A stretch of 64,000 bases of DNA from Centroscyllium fabricii (Eukaryota). This document shows, in pieces, positions 11,225 through 23,900 of this stretch (positions are counted from its first letter, which is position 1; every line of letters begins with the position of its first letter). The stretch is from NCBI GenBank assembly GCA_051313645.2, contig JBNRSN020000005.1, positions 123,008,001 through 123,072,000 of the forward strand. The letters are read 5' to 3'. The notes below the pieces were generated by a model. That model saw only the letters and a program-made list of their open reading frames with translations, was not told the origin of the DNA and made no database searches. Both the position numbers and the translations under genes were made by a program.

Positions 11225-12360
11225 TTTATCCATTGATGGGATGTGGGCGTCGCTGGCTGGCTAGGCCTGCATTTAGTGCCCATCCCTAATTGCCCTTGAG
11301 AAGATGGTGATGAGCCACCTTCTTGAACCGCTGCAGTCCATATGGTGTAGGTACACCCACAATGTTGTTAGGAAGGGAGTTCCAGAATTTTGGCCCAGCG
11401 ACAGTGAAGGAGCGGCGATACAGGTCCAAGTCAGGATGGTGTGTGGCTTGGAGGGGAACTTGTAGGTGGTGCTGTTCCCATGCGTCTGTTGCCCTTGTCC
11501 TTCTAAGTGATAGAGGTCGCGGGTTTGGAAGGTGCTGTTGAACGAGCTTTGGCGAGTTGCTGCAGTGCATCTTGTAGATGGTACACACTGCAGCCACAGT
11601 GCGCCGGTGGTGGAGGGAGTGAATGTTGAAGGTGGTGGATGGAGTGCCAATCAAGCGGCCTGCTTTATCCTGAATGGTGTCGAGCTTCTTGAGTGTTGTT
11701 GGAGCTGCACTCATCCAGGCAAATGGAGAGTATTCCATCACACTCCTGACTTGTGCCTTGTAGATGGTGGAAAGGCTTTGGGGAGTCAGGAGGTGAGACA
11801 CTCGCCGCAGAATTCCCAGCCTCTGGCCTGTGCTTGTAGCCACAGTATTTATATGGCTGGTCCAGTTCAGTTTCCGATCAATGGTAACCCCCAGGATGGT
11901 GATAGTGGGGGATTCAGCGATGATAATGCCATTGAATGTCAAGGGGAGATGGTTAGAGTCTCGCTTGTTGGAGATGGTCATTGCCGGGCACTTGTGTGGT
12001 GCAAATGTTACTTGCTATTTGTCAGCCCAAGTCTGAATGTTGTCCAGGTCTTGCTGCATATGGACACGGACTGCGTCAGTATCGGACGAGTCTCGAATGG
12101 TGCTGAACAGTGTGCAATCATCAGCGAACATCCCCACTTCTGACCTTATGATGGAGGGAAGGTCATTGATGAAACAGCTGAAGATGGTTGGGCCTAGGAC
12201 ACTGCCCTGAGGAACTCCTGCAGTGATGTCCTGTGGTTGAGATGAATGAACTTCAACAACCACAGCCAACTTCCTTTGTGCTAGGTATGATTCCAACCAA
12301 TGGAGAGTTTTCCCCTTGATTCCCATTGACTTCAGCTTTGCCAGGGCTCCTTGATGCTTT
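11225..12360 (-). mobile_element. 5'-truncated non-LTR retrotransposon (CR1/L2 group) RT C-terminus and 3' UTR
   Basis: GVPQGSVLGPTIFSCFINDL..MFADD, LGVTIDRKLNW and YKAQVRSVMEYS. Confidence 0.85.
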
Positions 12361-13138
12361 CAATGAATAGTTCATCAATTCCAATAGCTGCTTAGGGCAA
12401 ATAAGCTAAACTCATTGGCTGGCACAATAACTGTGGAGTGACGCAGCCCTCAAAGAACTGCTGTATGAGATGGGCACAAGGGGGCGCCCGGGTTTGTCAC
12501 TCCAGGGTATGATAGCCAGGCTCACCGCTGTGTCCTCTACCCATGACATAGAAAAAGAATACATACCTGAAGGAAGCTACCAAGGTAAGCCTGCCCATTA
12601 GTTCCATTTGCCAGGTACATAGCCTGTGTATGCATATCACAAACTGTTACCAGATAATCGCTTGCACATTCACTACTGGCACATGCCAACCTCTTCCACC
12701 ACCTTACAACCCTTTCATTGCTATGCAGGTATACCCATAGGGCACAATTCCAGCTGTAGCTTACAATTCAAATTCTTAGTACACTCACACCTTCAAAGGG
12801 CTTCACATGTAAAAGCAGATAAACATAACCAAGCAGCATGATGCACAGTCACTTAATAACACTCAGGATAGACTGTAGCTTCAGCATATGTCTGTCATTG
12901 TCTTTCAACCTACAGCATGATATGACCTGTTCGCTATCTGCATAACAGGATGGTACCTAATGCAAGGAAAGCGACTGGAACTGGAGGAGGATTCAGAAAT
13001 GACAAGCCCCTTGAAATCATTGGAGGAGGTCACCCTGAACAGCCCTGCCTGTCAGAGCACTAAGGTCGAAGGGATGGTGAAGCTGCATGCCCCCACACCC
13101 CACTCCCAAACTATGGATTAGTGTCATATAAAATTTAT

Positions 13139-13355
13139 AATGTGGAGGTGCCGGTGTTGGACTGGGGTGGACAATTGCAAGAAGTCACACAACACCAGAT
13201 TATAGTCCAACAGTTTTATTTTAAATCACAAGCTTTCGGAGCGTTCGCCCCTTCGTCAGGTCTCTTTCCACCTGACGAAGGGGCGAACGCTCCGAAAGCT
13301 TGTGATTTAAAATAAAACTGTTGGACTATAATCTGGTGTTGTGTGACTTCTTGCA
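13139..13355. mobile_element. Penelope-like mini-insertion: two inverted hammerhead-containing terminal repeats, 13-bp TSD
   Basis: About 88-bp inverted arms at 13174-13261 and 13270-13357. TSD atataaaatttat at 13126-13138 and 13356-13368. Confidence 0.85.
13267..13305 (+). ncRNA. Minimal hammerhead ribozyme motif (mirror copy on - strand at about 13226-13261)
   Basis: cac-CTGACGA-a-ggggcg-aa-cgctcc-GAAA-gctt-gtg. Confidence 0.7.
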
Positions 13356-13597
13356 ATATAAAATTTATGTCGTGTCTCCTCCTCACTCACTCCCACACAG
13401 GTATAAACACAAGCATAGAAAAGGAATACAGAACCAATGCCGTGCAATGTGACCTCCTTTGGAAGATGCCTTTTAGAGACAACACTTGGCAGCACACTGT
13501 GCTACTCACACCAAGCTTTCCAAGCCCAGTACAACAACACATATTCTGGAGGATGCTGTTAGTGACATTGACAGGGTCGCACTGGATGAGTCGCTGC

Positions 13598-14372
13598 GCA
13601 CAGGTGAGTCGCAGAGCACAGGTGAGGAGCAGAGCACAGGTGAGGTGCAGCGCACAGGTGAGGCGCAGAGCACAGGTGAGGAGCAGAGCACAGGTGAGGA
13701 GCAGCGCACAGGTGAGGAGCAGCGCACAGGTGAGGAGCAGCGCACAGGTGAGGAGCAGAGCACAGGTGAGGAGCAGCGCACAGGTGAGGAGCAGCGCACA
13801 GGTGATGAGAAGCGCACAGGTGAGGAGCACAGGTGAGGAACAGCACACAGGTGAGGAGCACAGGTGAGGAACAGCACACAGGTGAGGAGCACAGGTGTAG
13901 TGCAGAGCACAGGTGAGGACCAGAGCACAGGTGAGGAACAGCACACAGGTGAGGAGCAGTGCACAGCTGAGGAACAGAGCACAGGTGAGGAGCACAGGTG
14001 AGGAGCACAGGTGAGAAGCACAGGTGAGGAGCACAGGTGTAGTGCAGAGCACAGGTGAGGAGCACAGGTGTAGTGCAGAGCACAGTTGAGGAGCACAGGT
14101 GTAGTGCAGAGCACAGGTGAGGACCAGAGCACAGGTGAGGAGCACAGGTGTAGTGCAGAGCACAGGTGAGGCCCAGAGCACAGGTGAGGAGCACAGGTGT
14201 AGTGCAGAGCACAGGTGAGGAGCACAGGTGTAGTGCAGAGCACAGGTGAGGACCAGAGCACAGGTGAGGAGCACAGGTGTAGTGCAGAGCACAGGTGAGG
14301 AGCACAGGTGTAGTGCAGAGCACAGGTGAGGACCAGAGCACAGGTGAGGACCAGAGCACAGGTGAGGAACAG
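13598..14372. repeat. Minisatellite of 13-18 bp variant units with core CACAGGTGAGGAG
   Basis: Dozens of caggtgag/caggtgtag units. It lies within what looks like a degenerate Harbinger ORF2 region (RTGGG-like remnant near 12960-13040). Confidence 0.9.
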
Positions 14373-15427
14373 CAAGTGCTGTTGCCAGAAGAGATGTGGA
14401 AACCTGTCGATCAGCATCAAGGACCCTGCCCTTTGAGAAATGCAGCAGTGCAATGATACCAGCAGAGTTGGCACACACCTATTGCTAGTCAATAGTAAAG
14501 GAGATGAAATAGCTGGCCTTGCTGAGGTTTCATACATCAGTAGGCATTTTGCTGACAGTGTAGATGAGGCCTATGCTAGATCGGAAGGAGGCACAGCCAA
14601 AAATATGAAGTAACCCTGTTTGACACCAACAACACCAACCCTCTGGTGCAGGTTGTCTGTAGGTCAGCAGTTGGCTTTCTACTGGCCTGCAGCCATGGAG
14701 CCAGTTCCCCATTGGTAGTTCCCAAGTAGGTGTGCCAGGGTTGCAGATATGACATTAAGACAGGTGCGGCCAATTTAGCTGTAGTGCGTGTTAATCTCCC
14801 TATCCTGCTTTTTGTGCCACTTAAACCTTGAAATACTGTGATTAGGGTAACAATGACTTGTCAAAGGGCACAGCGTTTGGCATAGTTTCCAGTTCGATGC
14901 TGGTCGGCCCCCAAGAGGCGGCATGAACGTTGATATTCTGGGAAACACTTTACAGATGCCTTTTCCTTGAAAGATCTTCATGTTCTGCTAAACTCTTGCA
15001 AAGGATTTCTATGCAATCAGTTGCTCTGCAATATTGGTGACAGTGATTCTGCTCTTTCTTTCATTACATTAACATTTCCAGCAAAATCTGGTTCAGAAAA
15101 CAAAGGAAAAGAATCAGGAATCACTGGCTGAAAATAAAAATGAAATCCATAAATGTAACAGCTGCAGAATAAATAAGCTCTTATATTTATGCACTAAACA
15201 TATGTTGCAATCTTAAAAAACAAATATCCATTAGCTGCAAAATAAAAAAAAACACAATGCATTAAATGGCTAAACATCAGCTAAACAATTTGAAAAATAA
15301 TCATTAAAAACATGTTTCCTCCTGTCCTTTTAAACTGGAACTTAGAGCAGTTTCACCTGGATTTCGTGGGCAGAAGACCTCCTGGGAGGAGTGTGCTGCA
15401 TGCATCCTTCACTCAGCTCCCATTCAT

Positions 15428-15525
15428 CTGCAAGAAGTCACACAACACCAGATTATAGTCCAACAGTTTTATTTTAAATCACAAGCTTTCGGAGCTTCTG
15501 CCCCTTCGTCAGGTGAAAGAGAGAC
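15428..15525 (-). mobile_element. Penelope-like end with hammerhead motif (15479-15516)
   Basis: Minus strand reads tcac-CTGACGA-a-ggggc-agaa-gctcc-GAAA-gctt-gtga. Confidence 0.7.
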
Positions 15526-15735
15526 CCTAACACTAAGGGTCAATTTATCCTGGCCAATCAACCTAACCCGCATATCTTTGGACTGTGGGAGCAAACCAGA
15601 GCACCCGGCGGAAACCCACGCAGACACGGGGAGAATGTGCAAACTCCACACAGATAGTCACCCGAGGCCGGATTTGAATCCGGGTCTCTAGCGCTGTGAG
15701 GCTACAGTGCTAACCACTATGCCACCGTGCCACCC
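15526..15735 (-). mobile_element. HE1/V-SINE, 5' part
   Basis: Reverse complement of the tRNA-like head and V-domain (gtgtggagtttgcacattctcccc). Confidence 0.85.
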
Positions 15736-15759
15736 ATGGTTCATTCCTATTTAATTCCT

Positions 15760-16057
15760 ATCTTTCCAGCCGTAACCATAGAATCACCTGCAATGGCTTC
15801 TCTTCCGCTCCTGCAACGTTACCTCTGGTGTCCTCCAAGGATTGGTCCTTGGCCCTCTCCTATATGCTGTCCCTCAGTGACACCTCTCAGCAACACAGCA
15901 TGAGTTTTCACATGTCCACTGATGATACCCAGCTCTATCTCTCCTCCATCTCTCTCGAACCCTCCACCATCTTTATACTGTCAGACTGCTTGTCCAGAAT
16001 CCAGCACTGGATGAGTAGAAATTTCTTCCAATTAGATATCAGGAAGTCTGAAGCTAA
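15760..16057 (+). mobile_element. L2-like fragment, continuing at about 20808-20925 after the nested insertions
   Basis: SFHMSTDDTQLYLS..LSDCLSRIQHWMSRNFFQLDIRKSEA, resuming as attgtctttagt after 20807. Confidence 0.7.
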
Positions 16058-16341
16058 TGGCCCAGAAATTAGGATTGGAGGCTTGCTGCGAGTGCAAGCC
16101 TCCAGAGTCTATTTACGGAGTGCACAGGCCTTTTTCAATTTTACTTACCTGAAATCCCGATTCTCTGGCCTGCTGCAAGCCCCACACGCCACGCTTGGGC
16201 AAATGAAAGGCACAGATAGTGGGAAGCTTCCCGCGGCATCACATGGTCCGCGGGGAGCCAATCGGAGCAAAGAATGTACATTATTTCCTTTGTACATTAT
16301 TTCCTGTGAATTTGTGAAGGGATGGTAAAGAAAACGGGAAA

Positions 16342-17316
16342 ATGCTCCTCCTGCAACATGCTTCAGCAGGGGGTGGGGGGTAAAGGGGAGCCAGGCTGGA
16401 TTCACCTGTGAAAAGTGCATCCAGCTACAGCTCCTTAAAGCCAGAGTAAAGGAGCTGGAACGGGCCCTGGAGGAACTCAGGGTCCTGAGGGAGGCAGAGG
16501 AGGTCCATGATGGGGAAATGGAAAGGAACCTGGAGGAACTTGAAATCCTTAAGGAGGCGGAGGAAGACACAAAGCAACCAGGGGGGACTGTAGATACACC
16601 CGTGCAGAATGGCGGTTGGGAGACGGCGAAAAGGAAGGGGAAGGGGAAGGATGGGTCAAGTCCCTCAGGGGACATTCCCCTCGGCAACAGGTATTCAGCC
16701 CTGAATGGTGAAGAGGGGGGAGAACTAACAGGGGGAGACCGAGGGGACGGGAACTTTGATACCAGGCCGGAAGAGGCGGTACAGAAAGGAGGGGGGGGGA
16801 AGGCAGAGAGCCATAGTTATTGGCGACTCAATGGTGAGAGGGATGGATAGGAGGTTTTGTGGGAGCAGAAGGGACTCGAGGATGGTCTGTTGCTTCCCAG
16901 GTGCCAGGGTCCAAGACATCTCGGACTGTGTTTACAGCACTCTAAAAGGGGAGAGTAAACAAATGCAAGTCGTGGTACACATAGGTACGAACGACATAGG
17001 GAGGAAAAAGGAAGAAGACATCAAACAGGAATTTAGCGAACTAGGAAGGAAACTGAGAGACAAAACTAATAATGCCACAATTTCTGGGATCCTACCAGTG
17101 CCACGAGATAGGGAGTGGAAAAACAAAAAGAGAATGCAAATAAACGCGTGGCTACAGGGTTGGTGCAGAAGGGCGGGCATAAGTTTTGTGGACAATTGGG
17201 GCTCTTTCTGGGGAAGGTGGGATCTGTATGAGAGGGACGGCTTGCACCTGAACCGAAGGGGCACCAACATTCTGGGTGGGAAACTCGCTTCGGCCATAAA
17301 GGGGGATTTAAACTAA
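16342..17316 (+). pseudogene. CR1 ORF1 (zf/coiled-coil + SGNH/GDSL esterase), frameshifted
   Basis: FTCEKC and LKARVKELERALEEL, followed by IVIGDSMVRG, CFPGA, VHIGTND and DGLHLN. Confidence 0.85.
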
Positions 17317-17396
17317 TTGGCCAGAGGGATGGGGAAACGGGCAGGGAAACAGAGGGGAGACCAGGGAACAACGAGGAACAGGGGGGAGAACCAAAG

Positions 17397-20182
17397 ATGC
17401 AGGGAAGTGACAGGGGACTGAAATGCGCCTACTTCAATGCAAGAAGTATACAAAACAAGGTAGGAGAGCTAGGGGCATGGATGGCGACATGGGACTTCGA
17501 TGTGGTGGCCATTACAGAGACATGGTTGGAGCAGGGACAGGATTGGATGCTTGGGGTTCAGGGCTACAGAAGCTTCTGTAGGAGCAGGGAGGGAGGAAAA
17601 TGCGGGGGGGGAGTAGCACTGCTGGTCAAGGACAGCGTGACAGCTACAGAAAAACACTTTGAGGGGGACACACGTACGGAGGTAGTATGGGCGGAGCTTA
17701 GAAATAGGAAAGGGGCGGTAACGTTAGTGGGAGTCTTTTATAGACCACCAAATAGTAACAGGGAGGTGGAGGAGGAAATTGCGCGACAAATAATGGATAG
17801 ATGTGGGGGACATAGGGTAGTTATCATGGGAGATTTCAATTTCCCTAATATAGACTGGAATCTAGGTAGGTCAAATAGTGCAGATGGAGAGATTTTCATA
17901 CAATGCATGCAGGAAGGTTTCCTGACACAATACGTGGAGGAACCAACAAGGGGTGGGGCAACGTTGGACCTGGTTCTGGGAAATGAACCAGGCCAAGTGG
18001 TAGAACTGGGGGTAAGGGAGCACTTTGGGGACAGTGACCACAACTCGGTGACGTTCACAATAGTAATGGAGAAGGATAGGAGCATGAGGCAGGGTAAGGT
18101 ATACAGCTGGGGGAGGGGAAATTATGACAGGGTTAGGCAGGATTTAGCTGACCTCAATTGGGAATGGGAACTTGCTGGGAGGCGAACGGAAGAAAAATGG
18201 AGAGTGTTCAGGGAGCAAATTATGAAAGCCCTGGATAAGCATGTCCCGAGTAGGATGGGAAACAAGGGAAAGATGCGAGAACCGTGGATCACGAAAGAGG
18301 TAGAACATTTAGTAAAGAAGAAGAAGGAGGCATATGATAGAATGAGAAAGCAGTGTACAGCATGGGCGGGAAAGGAGTACAAAGAAGCCAGGAAAGAACT
18401 GAAGAATGGGCTAAGGAAGGCAAAGGGAGGGCATGAGAAGGCATTAGCGGGAAGGATAAAGGAGAACCCTAAGGCTTTCCATGCTTACGTAAGAAATAAA
18501 AGGATGACTAGGATAAGAGTAGGGCCGATCAAAGACGACAAGGGAGAAATGTGCACGGAGTCAGAGGAAATTGGGGAAGCACTAAATGAATATTTTGCGT
18601 CCGTGTTCACAAGGGAGAGGGAACTAAAAGTAGAGGAGGAGTGCAAGATATAAGGGGAAAGGATGGGGGAAGTAAATATTCAGAGAGAGGAGGTATTAGA
18701 TATTTTGGAGAAACTGAAGGTAGACAAATCTCCTGGGCCGGACGGGTTTTATCCAAGGATTATCTGGGAAGCGAGGAACGAAATTGCAGAGCCACTGACC
18801 TCTATCTTTAGTTCCTCGCTATCCTCGGGGATAGTCCCTGAGGACTGGAGAGAGGCGAATGTGGTTCCCATATTTAAAAAGGGGAGCAGGGACGTGCCAG
18901 GGAACTACAGACCAGTCAGCCTTACCTCGGTGGTCGGAAAGGTGATGGAAAGGGTCCTGAGGGACAGGATCTACGACCATCTAGAAAGGGGCAAATTAAT
19001 CAGGAGCAGTCAGCACGGATTCGTTAAGGGCAAATCGTGCCTGACCAACCTGATAGAATTCTTTGAAGAGGTGACCAAGTGTGTGGACGAGGGAAAGGCG
19101 GTTGATGTCATATATATGGACTTCAGCAAGGCGTTCGACAAGGTACCGCACGGTCGACTCATGAAGAAAGTAAGGAGTTGTGGGGTAAACAAAGAAGTAG
19201 TGGGATGGATTGAGAACTGGCTGGCTCAGAGAAAGCAAAGGGTAGTGGTAGAGGGCCAATACTCGGGTTGGAGACCGGTCACCAGTGGGGTGCCACAGGG
19301 GTCGGTGTTGGGGCCACTACTATTTGTAATCTTTATCAATGACTTGGAGGAGGGGACTGAGGGGTGGGTCAGCAAATTTGCAGATGACACAAAGATTGGG
19401 GGAGTAGTGGATGAGGAGGAAGGAAGTAGAAGGCTTCAGAGGGATATAGATAGGATGCAGAGCTGGGCTGAAGAATGGCAAATGGAGTTCAACACGGGGA
19501 AATGCGAGGTGATACACTTCGGTAGAGCAAATAGGAATAGGGAATATAGGGTCAACGGCAGGGTCCTGAGCGAAGCAGAGGAGCAAAGGGATCTGGGAGT
19601 ATATGTACACAGATCATTGAAGGCTGCCACCCAGGTGGATAAGGCAGTAAAAAAGGCCTATGGTGTATTGGCCTTCATCAACAGGGGAATAGAGTTTAAG
19701 AACCGGAGGTCATGCTACAGCTGTACAGGTCACTGGTGAGACCACACTTGGAGTACTGTGTGCAGTTCTGGGCACCGTACTACAGGAGGGATGTGGAGGC
19801 GTTGGAGAGGGTACAGAGGAGATTCACCAGGATGCTGCCGGGAATGGGGGGAAAGTCGTACGAGGAGAGGTTGAGGGAGCTGGGACTCTTCTCCCTGGAG
19901 CGGAGAAGGAAGAGGGGGGACTTAATAGAGATGTTTAAGATGATGAAGGGGATCGATAGAGTAAACGTGCAGAGACTGTTTCCCCGGGTGGGAAGAATGA
20001 CAACAAGAGGGCACGAGCACAAGATTCAAGGAGGAAGATTCAGAAGGGATGGCAGGGGCAAGTTCTTTACACAGAGAGTGGTCGGGGAGTAGAATAGGCT
20101 ACCATCTGAAATAGTGGATGCGGACAGTCTGGGAGCTTTTAAAAGGATGATAGATAGGTACATGGAGGGGAAGGAAGAGTAG
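17397..20182 (+). pseudogene. CR1 ORF2 (AP endonuclease + reverse transcriptase) with few lesions
   Basis: YFNARS, ITETW, GDFNFP, SDHN, YMDFSKAFDKV, GVPQGSVLGP and KFADD. There is a stop at 18651, a frameshift near 19710 and a stop at 20090. Confidence 0.95.
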
Positions 20183-20928
20183 GGGGGACAGGAAAAATCA
20201 GAGATGGACTAAGCGCGGCACTACATTGAGGGCCCAAGGGCCTGTACAGTGCTGCATGTTCTATGTTCTATGTTCTAATGCTCCATTCATAAGTTTGACA
20301 GAAAGATCTGTCAAACTTACGAAAAGCTAGACCCCCAAAAACACACTAAACATTAAAATAAATGTAAAAAAACACCACATTTTTTAACATTACTATCACT
20401 AACATAAATTAGCTATTTTAAACAAAAAATAAAAATTTTGAAAAAATATTTTAAGTTTTTAAGTGGTCTAAAAAACTACTTACCTTTGTTTAAATTATTT
20501 AAAAATAAAAAACCTGTGAAAAAAATACATTAAATTGAATAAAATAAGAGACTTACCTGATGAAAATGGATCGTTACGGCTGATATTTTCATCCGTAACT
20601 TTCCCGATACTTACCCTGATAAAAAACTTGGAAAAAAATCGGGATTTCACTGCCAACTCGCTCCGGCTCCTGACCCCTCCAGACCCAGCATCGGAAGTAC
20701 TGGTTCTGTGCGCATGCTCGGTGTACGCACCGATTCAGCACTTCTGAGGGCCGCACGCGTGAATACACCGTCTGTACTCGCGCGTTGCGGCCCTAATTTC
20801 TGGGCCATTGTCTTTAGTTTACACCACAAAATCTGTTTCCTTTCCACTCAATCGATCTCTCTACCCGGCAACTACATAAGGCTGACCAAGTCTGTTTGCA
20901 CCTTGATGTCATATTTGATCACGATTTG

Positions 20929-23900
20929 CAGGTAGATACAGTGGGACAAGAGGTAACTAAATACAGCACAGTATAACAGTGGGGGTAAACAGTATTACAG
21001 GTTTACCACATTCACCCCTTGTTTTAAAATTGAGTCCAGCGGGGTGAAGTGGTTTTTGAAACATAGAAGATAGGAGCAGGAGTAGGCCATTCGGCCCTTC
21101 GCGCCTGCTCCGCCATTTTTTTGATGAGATCCTGGCTGATCATCTAAACCAAGCACCCTGTCCCTGCCTTGTCCCCATATCCCTCAATCCCTATCGAGCC
21201 TGCACCGACACATATCCCACCCTATCCCCGTAACCCCACATATTCAATCCCCCTAACACTAAGGGTGAATTTATCCTGGCCAATCAACCTAACCCGCACA
21301 TCTTTGGACTGTGAGAGGAAACCGGAGCACCCGGAGGAAACCCACGCAGACACAGGGAGAATGTGCAAACTCCACACAGTTAGTCACCCGAGGCTGGATT
21401 TGAACTCGGGTCTCCAGTGCTGTGAGGCAACAGTGCTAACCACTATGCCACTCTGCCGGGAGTAGCATAAGAAAGTCTATTGGGCGGTCTGGTCTCCCTC
21501 CGCGACCGGCTGTTGTGCGGGATACTCAGGCAAGATGGTCTTCATCATCGGTGGCATGACAACAGTCTCCTGGTGGTCATGCATCGAAGGATCCCGGGAC
21601 GCCGGCATACCATCTACAGGGGCTAGAGAAAGGGAGGGTAACACAGGTGCATCGAGAGTAACGGTGGGGGGGAGGTGGGATAGGTGGTGGGAAATGGTGG
21701 TCTCAGGGGCACCTGAGGGTGCAAAGTCTCGAATGGAGACCGTGTCCTCCCGCCTGTCGGGGAATGCCATGTAGGCGTGGAGGAGCAGTACCCTGTCGAC
21801 CAGGGGGTCCGGCTTATGGCTCCTCACGTGCCTCCGAAGTAGGATGGCCCCTGGTGACATCAGCCATGGTGGTAGCGAGGTCCCCAAGGTGGACTTCCTA
21901 GGGAAGGCAAACATCTTCTTGTGAAGAGTAGCGTTAGTTGCAGTACAAAGCAGCGACCTAATGGAATGGAGTGCATCAGGGAGGACCTCCTGCCAGCGGG
22001 AGATTGGGAGGCCCCTAGACCTCAGGGCCAGTAGAACGGCCTTCCAGACTGTCCCGTTCTCCCTCTCAACCTGCCCATTCCCCCGGGCGTTGTAGGTGGT
22101 GGTCCTGCTCATTGCAACTCCTTTCGCAAGCAGGTACTGGCGCAGCTCATCACTCATGAACGAGGAGCCCCGATCACTATGTATGTAGTTGGGGAAGCCG
22201 AACATGGTGAAGATGCTGTGCAGGCACTTGATGACCGTGGCCGAGGTCATGTCTGGGCAAGGGATGGCAAAGGGGAAACGTGAGTACTCACCAATGATGG
22301 TGAAAAAGTACACGTTGCGGTCGGTGGAGGGGAGGGGCCCTTTGAAGTCGACACTCAGGCGCTCAAAGGGGCGGGCGGCCTTTATCAGGTTAGCTTTGTC
22401 TGGCCTGTAGAAGTGCGGTTTGCACTCGGCGCAGACTTGGCAGTTCCTGGTAACGGTCCGGACATCCCCAACGGAGTAAGGCAGGTGGCGGGACTTGACA
22501 AAGTGGAACAACCTGGTGACTCCTGGGTGACAGAGGTCATTGTGGAGAGATTGTAGTCTATCCACTTGTGCGTTGGCACAGGTTCCACGGGATAGAGCAT
22601 CCGGAGGCTCATTGAGTTTACCGGGCCGGTACAAGATGTCGTAATTGTAGGTGGACAGTTCGATCCTCCACCTCAGGATCTTGTCATTTTTAATCTTGCC
22701 CCGCTGTTTATTATTAAACATAAAAGCCACTGAACACTGGTCAGTGAGCAGAGTGAATCTTCTACCAGCCAGGTAATGCCTCCAGTGCTGCATCGCTTCC
22801 ACGAAGGCCTGGGCTTCTTTTTCCACAGAGGAATATCTGATTTCAGGGCCTTGAAGGGTACAGGAATAGAAGGCCACCGGTCTCCCCGCCTGATTAAGGG
22901 TAGCAGCCAGAGCGAAGTCAGAGGCATCGCTTTCCACCTGGAACGGGGTGGATTCATCCACGGGCTTGCATGGTTGCCTTCGCAATGTCTGACATAATTC
23001 GATCGAAGGCTACGCGAGCCTCATCCGCCAGGGGGAAAGAGGTACTTTTGATGAGGGGGCGAGCTTTGTCTGCATAATTAGGGACCCACTGGGCGTAATA
23101 CGAGAAAAAGCCCAGGCATCTTTTCAGGGCCTTGAGACTGTGGGGGAGGGGAAGTTCACTGAGGGGGCGCATGCGTTCAGGGTCTGGACCGATGACCCCA
23201 TTTTCCATGACACATCCCAGGTTAGCGAGGCGGGTTGTGCGGAAAACGCATTTCTCCTTGTTGTATGTGAGGTTAAGGAGCTGGGCTGTTTGGAGAAATT
23301 TAGCCAAATTGGCATCATGGTCCTGCAGGCCATGGCTGCAGATAGTGACATTGTCTAAGTAGGGAAAAGTAGCCAGCAGCTCATTTTGATCCACCATTCG
23401 GTCCATCTCCCGCTGGAAGACTGATACCCCATTGGTGACGCCGAAGGGGACCCTGAGGAAATGGTAAAGACGGCCGTTTGCTTCAACGGCAGTGTACTGG
23501 CGGTCTTCGGGGTGAATGGGGAGCTGGTGATACAGAGACTTTAAGTCGATCATGGAGAATACCCGGTACTACGCAATCTAGTTGACCATGTCAGATATGC
23601 AAGGAAGTGGGTATGCGTCCAGCTGCATATACCGGTTTATGGTTTGGCTGTAGTCAATGACCAGGTGGTGTTTCTCACCAGTCTTAATGACTACAACTTG
23701 GGCTCTCCAGGGGCTGTTATTAGCCTCAATGATCCCCTCCCTCAGGAGCCGCTGAACCTCAGATTTAATGAAAAATCTATCCCCCGCACTGTAGCGCCTG
23801 CTTTTAATAGCTATGGGCTTGCAGTCCAGGGTGAGATTAGCGAACAGCGGGGGAGGGGCGACCTTAAGAATCGAGAGGCTGCAAACGGTGCGTGGCGGGT

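Larger units (their letters stand above)
16325..20277 (+). mobile_element. Near full-length CR1 LINE
   Basis: ORF1 (zinc finger, coiled coil and SGNH esterase), ORF2 (APE and RT), and a 3' tail (gttctat)x3. Confidence 0.95.
16058..20807. mobile_element. Non-autonomous DNA transposon (Harbinger-like TIRs) split by a CR1 insertion
   Basis: TIRs tggcccagaaattagg (16058) and cctaatttctgggcca (ending 20807). Confidence 0.75.

Noticed and set aside
13387-14537. Long ORFs of 266-363 aa on the minus strand
   Set aside because: They are translations of the CAGGTGAG minisatellite, open in several frames at once.
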